In this document: in pieces, positions 49,561 through 61,176 of the stretch | Layout: each line of letters opens with the position of its first letter | How positions within the stretch are numbered: the first letter of the stretch is position 1 | Assembly (NCBI GenBank): GCA_964036045.1 | Contig: OZ038378.1 | Coordinates: forward strand, 146,320,001 to 146,384,000 | From: Eutreptiella sp. 'Long Island Sound 2002' | Taxonomy: Eukaryota; Protista; Euglenida | Length of the DNA stretch: 64,000 nt | Direction: 5' to 3' | Made by a program: the position numbers and the translations under genes | The notes under the pieces: model-generated | Database searches by the model: none | What the model saw: only the letters and a program-made list of their open reading frames with translations | What the model was told of the DNA's origin: nothing

Positions 49561-51800
49561 CGCCATGCGGCGGTGGAAAAGCGTCCCGGGTTCCATGTTG
49601 ACCGGACCGCTGATTCAGCAAGAAAACCGTTTTCATTGAGGAAAGACAATAGGGCTGGGCCCTGTAACCAAATGGGAACGTCATAAACGACTTTTAGATC
49701 AGAACGCCCCTCCGGTGAGGACGAGGCGGAAGAGGCGGAAGAGACTGACTCCGTGTCGGATTCCCCTTTGAACCAGTCACGCTGGCGTTCGTCCTTGAAC
49801 AGTAGGCCATTGGCCTTCATTTGGACATAAGGGCCAGATATGAACTGCTCAGTGGCGGATTCAGTGGAAAGACCCACCCGCAGTTTGTTAAACCCGGTGA
49901 CCTGCAGATACGTAGGATCAGAAATATCAGAGAGAGCTTGCTTGACATTGCGCCAGAGATGTTTGGCGTAGTTTTCCTTGTGGGTCTTCTTATAGAAGAC
50001 ATCGAGAACGGTGTGGCAGTGAGGGAAAATAGAGCCGTCGAATTCCGACATGCTCATAAGTGCGAAAAAATCCAACTTTTTAAAGTCAGCAGTGAAGCTA
50101 GCGCACTGAGGTGCATCAAGATTGACCAGAAAGATTTTTGATTGTATGCCTTGCTGTCTCAGATTGACCGGTCCCGGAATGTTGAAGCATTGGGACCCGG
50201 TCATGCCTAGCTTCAGCATTGTTTGTGTCATATCCTTTTCAGACATATGCACCGCATGGGAGTGGAGAGGGGACTCCGGCAATTGGCAGGGTTTGCGGTC
50301 CAGGGCTCGCCCCTGGGATAGCAATCTTGTAGAGAAACGGGCGGGTTCCAGCCTTTGATCTATAGAAGTAGCAGTGTGCAGAATAACGAAGAAATCCCTG
50401 GAGTGTCCATCAGTGTCCTGTAGCTGTCTGGAAAGTCTTGAAAACGCCTGTGGCGTACAAGAGGTGTGTTGTAACTGTGCGTCACACCATTGTGGGAAAT
50501 TGTGCGGATGCGTCAGGTGGACCAAAATGTCGATTCGTTTCGGCCGCAACCTGGTGTATAGAAAATTCGCTGTTTTGACACAGGACGTGAGTTCCGTGTC
50601 CCTCGTGACTAACAAAAAGTTAGTGTGAGAGTTGGGAAAATGTTGTGAAAGATCATCATCTGTGAAATCCGTGAGTCCTTTCCAACTTTTGGGGGAACCA
50701 TCATTGGAGAAGGCGGCAGTGGCTTGAAGGACCACAAAGTCCTGCAGCCAATTGAATTGCATCATAAGGAGCTGTTGTTCAGAGTCCATGAGTGAGGTCA
50801 GAAATTCAGGATCGTGCAGGGTTTTTTTGTTAGCACATAAATCAATGGCTGCCTGAATGTTCGCAGGGGTCATGGAGATCCCTGGTTCCGTAGCGGGGGG
50901 TGGGTGGTCGGCCGACCCTTGGGCTTCGGCTGGCTTTTTTTTCTTTTTGAGCGGAGAGACGCCCAAAGCGTTTGAGAGCTTGGAGTGAACCTTTTCTCTC
51001 TGATGTAGGAGCACCTTTTGTTGCTGCATGACCTGTTCCTGCTGCTTAGAAATGACATCTGATACCTTAGAGTTAGGGTTGCAAAGCAGGTCGAAAATGG
51101 CCTTCTCTGCCTCCCCGATTTGCGAGTTTATGATGGTCCACTGTTTTTGAAGGCGAGTGGTATCCTCAGCGGTGACTTCGGTTCCAAGCTGTTCATGTTG
51201 ACTTTCCACTTCCTTGGCTTGGGTGATGAGGTCAAAATAGTTCTTACGGGCTTTCAGAAGTGGGTTGTCCTCAACAATTTCTAGCTGTTGTAGGGTCATT
51301 CGAATAGCGATGCCCAGATCATCGATAGATTGTGTTAGCCGCTGTCTGTAGGAGGCATTTTCAGGGCTGTTGAGGTGACCGGATTTCTCCCAGTTGCTTT
51401 TTTCGGTAAGTAGCGCGCTTCTCTTAGAAGTGAGATCCAGAATATTGTTTGCAGAGGAGAGTTGCAGACCTCTTGTCATAGGGTCGTCGCTCACGGCTTG
51501 TTCCATCATTTCGTCAACGATTTCTTTTGACCGCTGCTGCGTAATTTGATTCAGGATTGTGATGAGGTGCTGAGAAAGCAAAGCTTTAGAGGCTGCCGTT
51601 AAGGGAGTCGTGAATGTTTTATTTGAGGTATTCCAGTTGCATTGAGACAGTAGTTGCGTCAGGGCTGCCTCGGTGAGCGGAGCTTGTCGGAGAACATCCT
51701 GTACGGATGCTGTCAGAGAGTCGGCACTGGCTGAGGTAATGGCTTGAAGTAGCTGCCGAATGGAGCTGTCATCGATTACTGGTACGGCAAATTCGTCCAT
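49561..51800 (-). CDS. LINE ORF1, 5' part (807 aa when reconstituted; coiled-coil-rich)
   Basis: Long open frame rich in Q/E/K/L. The last residues of the track ORF (ILAQPCLSFG...) are read-in from the A1 repeat. Confidence 0.85.
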
Positions 51801-51875
51801 GATTGTGACGTGGTCGGCTGGAGCACTCAGAAACAGCGAGCGAACCGTGCCAAGCGTCTGTCACAGTTGGCGGAG

Positions 51876-52313
51876 TTATTGGCCGAGAGAGTTTTGTAGA
51901 ATGAAGTGTTGAAGAGCAGGGGGGTAGGTGATGAACCTCCACTCCCAATAGACGGCAGGCGGTAGTAGAAGTTGGTACAAGCAGTGCTTGAGTCCGAATT
52001 GAACTGGGTGATTTGTTCGGAATAGAAAGTCCGCCACCAGGTAGATCGACCTGAAGCTGTCGACCAGATCTCTGTCCAGGAAAGCTGGAATGTTCCGTCC
52101 CAATCGAAATGCCTGCTGTTCGTGGATCTCTTGCGTGTCGTGAGGTGTCGGCGGCGACGAGGGTGGTGATGGCGGCGAGGGCGGATGCCTGGCTATCTCA
52201 GCCTCGATCTCCTCCCAGTGTTGCTGCACTTCCCAATGTAAAGGTGAATCGGTGTTTAGGGGTGGCTGAGCGTTGTCAGTGCCTTGGGGCATGTCCCCGG
52301 GCAGGCATGGCAT
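51876..52313 (-). CDS. LINE ORF0, 145 aa, unknown function
   Basis: ATG 8 nt after the SL 3' end; Pro-rich linker then a C-terminal domain homologous to 36264-36650. Confidence 0.7.
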   Translation of the reverse strand: MPCLPGDMPQGTDNAQPPLNTDSPLHWEVQQHWEEIEAEIARHPPSPPSPPSSPPTPHDTQEIHEQQAFRLGRNIPAFLDRDLVDSFRSIYLVADFLFRTNHPVQFGLKHCLYQLLLPPAVYWEWRFITYPPALQHFILQNSLGQ

Positions 52314-52321
52314 GAAAGAAT

Positions 52322-52350
52322 CGAAAAAAAAATAGACACTCAGAAAGTGT
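52322..52350 (-). other. Euglenid spliced-leader exon at the 5' end of the retroelement (retroposed, not an SL RNA gene)
   Basis: Reverse complement reads ACACTTTCTGAGTGTCTATTTTTTTTTCG, the Euglena-type SL with T9 instead of T8. It is followed by attctttcATG, not a GT donor. Confidence 0.9.
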
Positions 52351-52351
52351 C

Positions 52352-52384
52352 TGCCCGGCGCGCGCCCGGCACGCTACTTTTAGA
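52352..52384. repeat. 33-bp direct repeat, right copy, one base from the SL
   Basis: 32/33 identical to 37510-37542; a shorter related motif occurs at ~53088-53110. Confidence 0.55.
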
Positions 52385-52479
52385 CTATGTTCCCCCCGAA
52401 GAGCCCCCAAGCACACCCCTTGGAAAGGCCCTTAGAATTAGGTGACCCAAACTGCCCCAGCTCAAGAAAATTGCAAACT

Positions 52480-52634
52480 GGGGTACACGAGACCACTCTC
52501 GCTCCTTTAAGGGCGATCTTGGTCAACACCTTAGCAAGTTGGGAGAATGGGGGGTTAGGATAGCACAACCACATCGATCTCCAGTAGAAGCGATAGGCGT
52601 TATTGAGGTATCGCGAACAGTAGAGCTGCATCAT
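52480..52634 (-). pseudogene. N6-adenine DNA methyltransferase-like fragment (DIRS-associated MT type)
   Basis: YRFYWRSMWLCYPNPPFSQLAKVLTKIALKGARVVSCTP fits the W...Y-NPPF..I.kVL.Ki....a.v.l..P pattern. Confidence 0.55.
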
Positions 52635-54450
52635 AACATTGGTCCCACAAGTGTGGGTGTCAATACATTCCGTACAATAGTGCTCCTTACACTCATCACA
52701 AACTGCGACGGTGGAGCCTTCTGGCAACACAACACACACACTTCTGCCTCATCCTCTGCCTCATCTTGCGTGCCACAACCGAGCAAACAGCTGCTCAATG
52801 CGTGCCCTATACCACCTGTGCACGTCATTGTAACATTGTTGGCGGGCTGTCAAAGTGCCATTCTTTCTTCCAATGAATGGCACAATGACATGAACCCGGC
52901 CCTTATAAGCACCATCATGGCCCCCAACTTCGAAATCAAAGAAATCACCTCGGGTACGAGAAGGTCAATACCCATCCCAAATCAAAACATCTGCTGATGT
53001 CCCCGGGGCCAAGGGGCAAATCCATATAATGTTGCCCAACATATCAACCGCAACAGTCCACCGGTAGGGCACGGGTCACAAAAGATGCCCGGCGCGCGCC
53101 CGGCGCGCTAACGTTCCCCCCCAATACTGAGGTCCATGGAGAATGAGAAGTTGGAGTGGGTGCACCCTGTCCCCAATAATAAGGTCCATGGAGAATGAGA
53201 AAGTCGGTGTGAGAAATGAGGGGGGAAAGTTTGATGCCCTGCAACAAGCCCCCTGAACATGTATCACCATCTCCCGAGCTCATGGTGCCCGTTTCAAGGG
53301 TCTTGAAAACACATGTCACATGGGTTTGTGACGGGTTGACGGGTATGATCAAAAAGAGTTGTTCTTCTTCAATTTTTTGGTGTTTTTTTGGTGTTTTTCT
53401 TTGTTTTTTTTGGGGGGGGGCACAAAATGATGGGGTTGGGATGGGGGTTACGCCAATATATGTTGAGGTACGCTTGATGGTTGCTATTGTTTCGTGATGC
53501 ACTCTAGATGGTTGCTGCAAGGTTTGGACATGATTTTTTACTGCTTTTTTGACTTTGGCTGGGCGCCGTTTCATTCATGGATGTAGTATGTTAGATCGCA
53601 TAGGTGTGAGAGGTCCCGTTGTCCCAATTTCTGCCCCTAGTGGCCCTTACCGGTGTACTAGGAATTTTAAATTTTCAGTCTGATACTTGCGATAGGTCCT
53701 AGTGTCTCAATTTCTGGCCCTGGTGGCCTTCACTAGTGTACTGGTAGGGGTAGGCCGCCAATGACCGTGGTAGAAGCACCACCACTTTGCCAAAAGGCCA
53801 TGGCGACCGCATGCAAACCGGGGTTCCCATGTTCCACCACGGTCCTTTTGCAGAGCTCGGCGGTTCTTGTCTGCCAGAATGAGTGCATCCCGGGTTGAGG
53901 GTACTGCCTCCAGGCAATGCACCACATTACCCGATTTGCCTACCAACTTGTCACTGGGGATTGAACCGTTGCTAAAACCTCTTCTTCTTCACGAGGCGCA
54001 ATGACGTTGGCGGCTGGGAGCACGCTTTACACACCAACTCGATGTGAAACGGCACCTGCGCAGCGCATGCAAGATGCACATGATGCCTGCAGGACTTGCA
54101 TGGCCGCATGACGTCACCCGGTGAAGAGTCACACACATGGCACACACATCGGAAGCATTTTTTTGTTTCCAGCGCTCAAGGTGTCATTGAGGGCACTCGG
54201 GAGAACCCCGGAAAGCTAAAGGTCCATTTATGTACAACATAGGCGCACTCAGTAAGTGAGCAGACTAGAGGTCCATGCAGCATGCTGGCATAACATGTGT
54301 CATTCCTTCACGCAGTAGTGCAGACGATGTGCCACGCTTGATTGGCAATTGCTCAATGTAGATATGATGTGTGTGTCATTCAGGGAACGAGTATCTATTC
54401 GATCATTCACACTGCTCCCAGGTCACGTGTGCTGGCAACTCCTCATACAG

Positions 54451-54451
<1 letters not shown>

Positions 54452-54505
<54 letters not shown>
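54452..54505. repeat. (TG)27 microsatellite
   Basis: Direct read. Confidence 0.98.
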
Positions 54506-54506
<1 letters not shown>

Positions 54507-56448
54507 CGTAGTGGGTGGCATCCATATGTATGGTCACTAGTGTGAGTGAACGTGTCATAATGCAGCAACGCGTTGGAAGTTGAGAGTGTCCACACAGAGA
54601 AATTGTGTGTACATATGCAAGTGGTGTCCCACAACGGGTACATGCATGCCGGTTGCAGTGTGACCTACATGACTGAAATGCCGTATGGGAGGTGTGTGTC
54701 AATCCGGGTGCCCGAGGATTTGACAATGCATCCATCAATAGGACAACGGGCACCATAGATATCTGACACGAGTAAAGACTCCCGGTCAGTATCCGGGACA
54801 TACGTGGCAAGTCAGTAAAAGGGTCTGAGCCATTGTGACTCCCTAATCATCCATGGTTACATGCGAGCAAAGTGTGTGTGACAGTGGCACGCGCATGGAG
54901 CAGCATGGGTCCTGGCCTGTGCAGAATGGTACAAGACCCTCGGTGGGGAGGAGTCACAGCTGCGGTCCCAACTTGGCTCGCCCGGCTGGCACGGCACACG
55001 CATCGGAAGCATTGGCTGCTTTGCCTACAAAGTGCATGCGCCTCACCTGTTTGCCACAACCGGGGCACACGACAATGTCCCCCAACAGCTTCTCACTACA
55101 ACACCTACAAGAAGGTACCTCCAATGTTGGGGCGAAGAATGAGGATACCATGGCACGCATCGTGTCGCTGGGGCTAGGGGGAGGCTCCGCATCCCCATCG
55201 GGCTCCGTAGCATGGAAGTGCCAGCCGTCCCGTGTCGCGGACCTCTTGGCGGCCCGGGACACCTGTGTGGCGAACAATTTTATCCCATTGGCATTTAGGT
55301 CTGAAGCAAACCGGGCCCATGCAACCCCTAACTCGGGGCGCAGCCACACAGGCAACATCAACTAAAACATGTGAGAGACAAAAGGTGAAAGCGTGGCCAG
55401 AAGGCAACAGAGAATTTCCCTTCCTAGTGACCCTCTTGCAACCCTTTTGGACCCCACTATCCCTTAGAACCGTTTCTTTCCCGTGCAAACCCTTCCTTGA
55501 GCGGAGGCAGAACTAATCATCCCACACACCTAGGATAGCCTTTATTGCCCACCTAAACCCTTGCCACATGAAAGCCAAAACCGTTCAATATCCCTTGCTA
55601 AATTGAGGTGCCCACCCAAACCCTTGTTTGAAAGAAGCCACAACCAATCATGATGCATTGCCTTAGTCCCCGAAGTTGTCCACCTCAACCCTTCCTACAT
55701 GTTATGCGCTTGAGTGTAAATGTTCCCAAACATGGAACAACCGCATGATGGGGATGATTAGTCGCCACCAAACACCTCAAAGCATGACCTGATGAACTTG
55801 CTCAATTTGATGATGCGCGCACAACAAATTGCACAAAAAACATTCAGAAATGTGGAAGGTGCATGGCTCAAGCATGCAAAAAATCACTTGCACAATTTGG
55901 AAAACATATAACAAACACAAAAAAAAACATTGAAAAACACCCCAAAACGGGGAAAAAGGAGGGGGGAATGAAACAAAACGGAAATCCGGCCTTTTTTTCC
56001 AATTTGACCAGTGGCGTGACGGGTGATTGCTAAAGGCCCGGGCCGTTTCACATAAAGTATGGGCAAGCAAAGGGGGAGCAAATGATGCTGCAATGATGCA
56101 CAATACACTACCCCCCCACCACCACCACTACTATTGACCAAACAACGGCAATGCTTGAGGAACTGTAGCAATATCACGGCACAACTCGCCCAAAATAGCC
56201 TATGTTTTGCACAGTGCCCGCACAGCGCGTGGTGCGCCCCCAACGTCTAACTTTCCGGTGTGTAATGAGTCCGTGTCACGCTCTTTCTTCACATTCTTGG
56301 GGGTACAAATCTGACATACCGGGTCATCGGGGCCTCAAAAAGTGGCAAGATTGCAAAAACTTTCACTGTTGGGCCCCGAGGCCAACACTGAAAAACAAGT
56401 AAATGTGGAGCTTCTGAAAAACCCATCCTAAGAGGCTAAATCCGTAAT

Positions 56449-59400
56449 GTTTCCTTGTCAACAGTGAAACACAACACTGGTTGTGTTCCCCCAAACACCA
56501 CACACCAATCCATAGCATCTGTAGCGCCAATTGTCGGGCAACACAGGTACCAAACACAATGCGCTGTTTATTGGAAAACAACACATAGCAGCTGCATTAA
56601 TTGATTATGATACATTTATTGTCACCTTTGGGCCATCATCACCCCTTTCGAGAAGGCTATTGTTGTCGTTGTTGGCCCTAGCAGGAGACTGGGACCCGTC
56701 CCCATCACCTGCTTGACCTTCCCTCCTACGTTTCCATGCAACTCCCCCCCCCCAAAAAAAAAACGGGACACCCAACACTGCGGCATTAGATGGTAGCATG
56801 ATGCAGAGGTGTGTGGTACTATGGGCATACTGCTCGTAAAAGGGGGTGTAGTTGCGACCAAGGGCTGGTTGCTTGTACCTAATCATCTAGTGACACACAT
56901 CCACGCGGTCAGCCTTGTCTTAGGCAGTAACTGACAAGTAAAAAAGAGTGTGCAAATTCTAGAATATATTCCGACTCTTGAAGACGGACACACCATTAAA
57001 GGTAGGGGGGAACCGAAAACTGCCTGGCCAAATGTTATTAAACAAGACGCCTTCGGGTTGTCGTCCAATTCACCTGCCCTGATATCAATAAAGGATGCAT
57101 GCCGCATGTCAAACAGTGTATGAGATTTTGCAATTTGCCATGCACTGTGTCGATGCACCCCTATGTTTCGTGTGGATTCTGTTGGAACATGGTTCCCTGA
57201 CGAGACCAACAAATGGCTAAAAAGAGGGACTCATGCTGCGCCAATGTGGTGGCAATGAGATCATGCTTGTATGCTTGGACGAGTCGTGAAAGCATAGACT
57301 CTCCCTTCTCCTCAACATGTGCAGCACCTGGCAATGCATCATGAAAGGAACTTCATAAGAGGAGGGCAAGTCAAATCGTGTTCTTGCAATTACCATCATT
57401 ACGGGTTGGCTTGATTTTACATAACAGAAACATGCTGCATTCCAACACCTTGCGTGCAGCAACACCGATACTTGAAGCATGGTGACGCCATGAGCAGTCA
57501 TGCACCATGATGCCAAGTTGCAAGACAGCTGGAAAACAATACTGCAACAATCCCCGAAGTGCCTCCCGGCGCTCTTTCCACCAGGGGGTTTCACTGTCAA
57601 CAGTGAAACTCTAGAGGCGCCGTTTAAATTGTTGCTGCAATGCACGATATGCAAGGTAACAAGAGAGAATCGGTCTGTCAAGTAGAATCATTTCGGGGTA
57701 CTGACACACTCGTGTGGAAATCCATGAGGAAGCATTCGTGCTCAAGGCACACCCAAAAGGGGGCATAGGCCTTGCACAATGCCGTGACGCACGCCTTGTA
57801 GGCATGCCAAATCCCATAGACAGGGCACACATCGCGTAGCGCACCACGTGCCAGGGCTGCAGCCTACTCTTTGTTGTAAACAATCTTTGCTATCCTCCAC
57901 CATAAATTCATGTCACACAACAACACCTGAACTGGGTTTTGATTCCCACGGGTTGTCTTAGAAAAAGTCGAACCATGATGTTGCTGAGCCCGGACGTCGT
58001 GGTGACGTTGTTGTCCCATAACCCATAGGGTAGCCAAGAAGAAGTCCTTGGGTTCCCACGTCAAATATCCAATGGACATCGCAGCAACCCCAACAGGAGG
58101 CAGTCTGATCCGAGGTCCTTCACCACATCCACAAACTCAGTGACAATTTCTTTCACATGGTGCGTCACATCCTTCACACGGAACATCAGCCTCTCGGCAG
58201 AATGCCATCCAGTAAACGATGGGTGCCCCGATACACATGGCGAAACATCTACGGTAGTGCAGGATATGGAAAAGTCGCGCTGTGCATCTAGATGTTTGCT
58301 GTACGTGCTCTTGCAAAATTGGTCTGCCCACGTCACATAAAAGCCACGTGTCAGCTCTGCTCGAAGACTTTCCTTCGCAACTACCACTCGATGCTGCAAT
58401 GTTGGCACCCGGTGAAGTACTAGCCCGATTCCCCACAACTCGCTGCGCTGCTCCTTCGTCAAAGCTGTCATAGCCCCTGCGCTAGGCACTGGCTCAGAAG
58501 CAACCATAGGTTTCACCAGTACGACCATACAACAAAACAAACTAAACAAGGCGGGTACAAAATGCAGTAGCTTGGTTCCACGTTTGGGCCAATCCTTCCT
58601 CAGGTCTTCGATTGTTCGTCGGGTGCGTGGGTTCCGCTGCAATTTCAGTGCCATCTCAAGTAACTGCAGCCCCCCCCCCCCTCCCCCCGCTTAACACACC
58701 ACCTTTCAATGCATCCCCATCTTATCTCCGCCACGTTCAGCAAGCTTGTGGAACCCTGAGTACGGGTCCCTCGTACTAAAAATCGGGGTAAAAACGTGCA
58801 GCATTGTTGTCTATGTGCAATTGCAAGAGATGCAAAGACCGCCATCAGTGGAACACATTTGCCAAGAGTTTCACTATCAACAGTGAAGCACACTGCAACA
58901 GGTGCAGTTGCAACAGATGCAGAGACCGCCATTAGTGGAACACATTTGCCAAGAGTTTCACTATCAACAGTGAAGCATAGTGCAGAATCTCAGGTGTGGA
59001 GCACAAGTACGGAGACAGTTCGACGCAAAAGTTCAACAACTCTTTGGTACCCACTAGCTTCAAATGGTTTCGCTGTTGACAATGAAACTACTCCTGGAAA
59101 AACGGTAAATCACTAATGGCATGGTCACTACAAAGGAATACAAAGGTGATGAAAACATCCCCATTCGGGCATGGTTTCTAGTACACCCTCTTGCTACGGG
59201 GCTAGTGCCATCTATAGTGGGTGACCATGTCGTGGTGCGATATGCACCAGGTGCCTACGAGGTGGCGATTCTGGGAATCGAACCAGCATCTCCATATCCG
59301 AAGACAAGCTTAGTACCACTCGACCAGAAGATTCCTATGCCCCATTTCCCATTTTCGTTTTTTCCCCATCCGGTTTTTTGTAGCGCGTCCAAAAAAAAAG

Positions 59401-59840
59401 AGAGAAGTTTTGGACGTTTCAACATTGTAATTCGTGACATTTGGTCCCGGTGTCATACCCTTGTGTCCGGGTACTGTGCATAATGGTAGAATATCTTGCA
59501 GTACACAAGCAGTTTCACTGTCACCGGTGAAACCGGCAAGCATGCAGTGAATAGTACCACTTGACGCAACTGGCAGTTCTAAACTGGACCTCGAACTGAC
59601 AGCCCAACTAGAAAGCAACTTGGTGCACAAGCCTGAATGCACATGGAGTTTCACCGTTGACAGTGAGACTTCGCTGCAACCGTACCCAGGTTAGCCATCT
59701 TACCGGAAAGCAACAGGGCTAGGGAACACTGTGCGAAAAACACAGACAATCTGGGGAGGTGGGCAGGGGGGCTCAACGCAGACCATTCTGAGGTATACAA
59801 AACTCTTTTGGTGAAAGAGTTTCATCGTTGACATTGAAAC
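56449..59840. repeat. Cluster of eight dispersed 22-bp palindromes, consensus GTTTCACTGT(CA/TG)ACAGTGAAAC
   Basis: Copies at 56449, 57588, 58868, 58955, 59067, 59512, 59648, 59819; two lie in an 87-bp tandem duplication. Confidence 0.85.
57750..58654 (-). pseudogene. Decayed protein-coding remnant, possibly transposase-related
   Basis: 197-aa ORF with FYVTWADQFCKSTY followed by broken frames containing LLCDMNLWWRIAKIVY and QPWHVVRYA; family not identified. Confidence 0.3.
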
Positions 59841-60126
59841 CATGAAGGGATGAGCCCTCATAATGGTTTTCGTTGGCGGAACGATGTCCCGGATCTGGTC
59901 GTCGGGTATGCACATACCCCAGCAAGCATCATACATCCCCTGACCTTAGCAACATGTGATGGGCACGCATGCATCGTGCATATATACACACCGACAGACA
60001 TTGTTTTGGTAGGCTGCCATGGACCAAGTGGACCAATCATTGCCATGCTAGGCCCAAGCCCGGCCAAGCCTGGCGGCCTTTGGTAACAAAGTACGGCCAA
60101 AAGTCAACAAAGGGGGGGGGGTCTGC

Positions 60127-60339
60127 CAGGGATACATTAGAAGGGAAGGGGCCTCAAAGGGGGCCCCAGAAGCGGTTAGGCAGGCGGTTGGAGGAGGTTG
60201 CCAAAGCAGTTGGGGGCGGTTACTGTCGGTTACAAATGCCATTGAGGCTGGCACTTGGCGTCAGGGAGACAGTGGCCGGGCATAGGCTGGGCGCCCTGGG
60301 GGGGGGGGGGGGGGCTCCCTCCCTTCCAATGCATCCCTG
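60127..60339. mobile_element. hAT-type MITE, 213 bp, 8-bp TSD
   Basis: TIRs cagggatacattagaaggga / tcccttccaatgcatccctg; gggtctgc duplicated at 60119-60126 and 60340-60347. Confidence 0.85.
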
Positions 60340-61053
60340 GGGTCTGCACTCCTGAACCAATGAGGAGGCCCCTGTGATGTGAACAAGCACCAACGGTGCC
60401 CAAGAAAAATGTGCTGTGCTGCGGCATGCTCCAACCGGTGTTGCTTGGACGCGTACTGACGTTCACTGAAGGGTTGGGGTGGTTTGGTTGATGAAGAGTG
60501 GTCAGGCTCCCCCGCAGCACTTTCAAGGAAAACTGCCGCACACGAGACCCCATCACAGTGCACAGCTGCGCGCAGGATTGTCCAAAGCCAAGACAGGGAC
60601 TGTTGAGCGCCAGGATGTGGGGGGGTGTCGAAGTGCTGCCCGAGAGAGTCGGGATTCCTCGATGAAAGTGTTGCGCTTCGCGTTGTCATGGACGCGATGG
60701 ACGGGGTTTGGTACAACTGAAGGCCCGAGGTCGACACCATGTGTGGCGTGATGGGTGCTTCGGCAGGAAATCATTGCGGAGGAAAGGGCCCCTCTGACCC
60801 CCCCTCCCTGACATCCAACGCCCGGATGACACTTGATTTTTGAGGTGGGATCCATCCCCAATGTCAGTCTTGTTGCTGGCCATTGGTGTTCCACTTTGTC
60901 AGTGCGAGGCAGCAATTTACCAGCGGCCGTGTCTATCACCGCTACCTGGATTGAATACTGGAGCCCAGTCGCAATAGTGGGGCTGCGGTCAGATCCGTGC
61001 CTGGGTGTACCGGGTGTACTCTGGCCAGACGTGTGCGTATTCTTTGTCAAGTA

Positions 61054-61176
61054 CCCCCCGCCCCCCTTGCAATCTCCCCCGTTAGCGCGCGACGGTCTCC
61101 CGGGGGGGGGGGGGGGCGGTCGCCAAGTGACGGTCTCCCCGGGGGGGGGGGATTGCAAAGCGGGGGGGGGGGGGGG
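61054..61176. mobile_element. Mini TA-flanked foldback element with C/G-run termini
   Basis: ta|ccccccgccccccttgcaatc ... gattgcaaagcg(n)|ta. Confidence 0.55.

Larger units (their letters stand above)
38215..52350 (-). mobile_element. Apparently full-length non-LTR retrotransposon (L1/Tx1-like, RNase H-bearing) with 5' SL exon and three ORFs, carrying a nested YR retrotransposon; 3' end uncertain (38215 or 37543)
   Basis: Same-strand order: SL (52322-52350), ORF0, ORF1 (split), APE-RT-zf-RNase H ORF2, tRNA-like sequence, T6 runs. Confidence 0.85.

Noticed and set aside
52322-52350. Functional SL RNA gene
   Set aside because: The exon is followed by ATTC, not a GT donor and intron, and is not in a tandem array.
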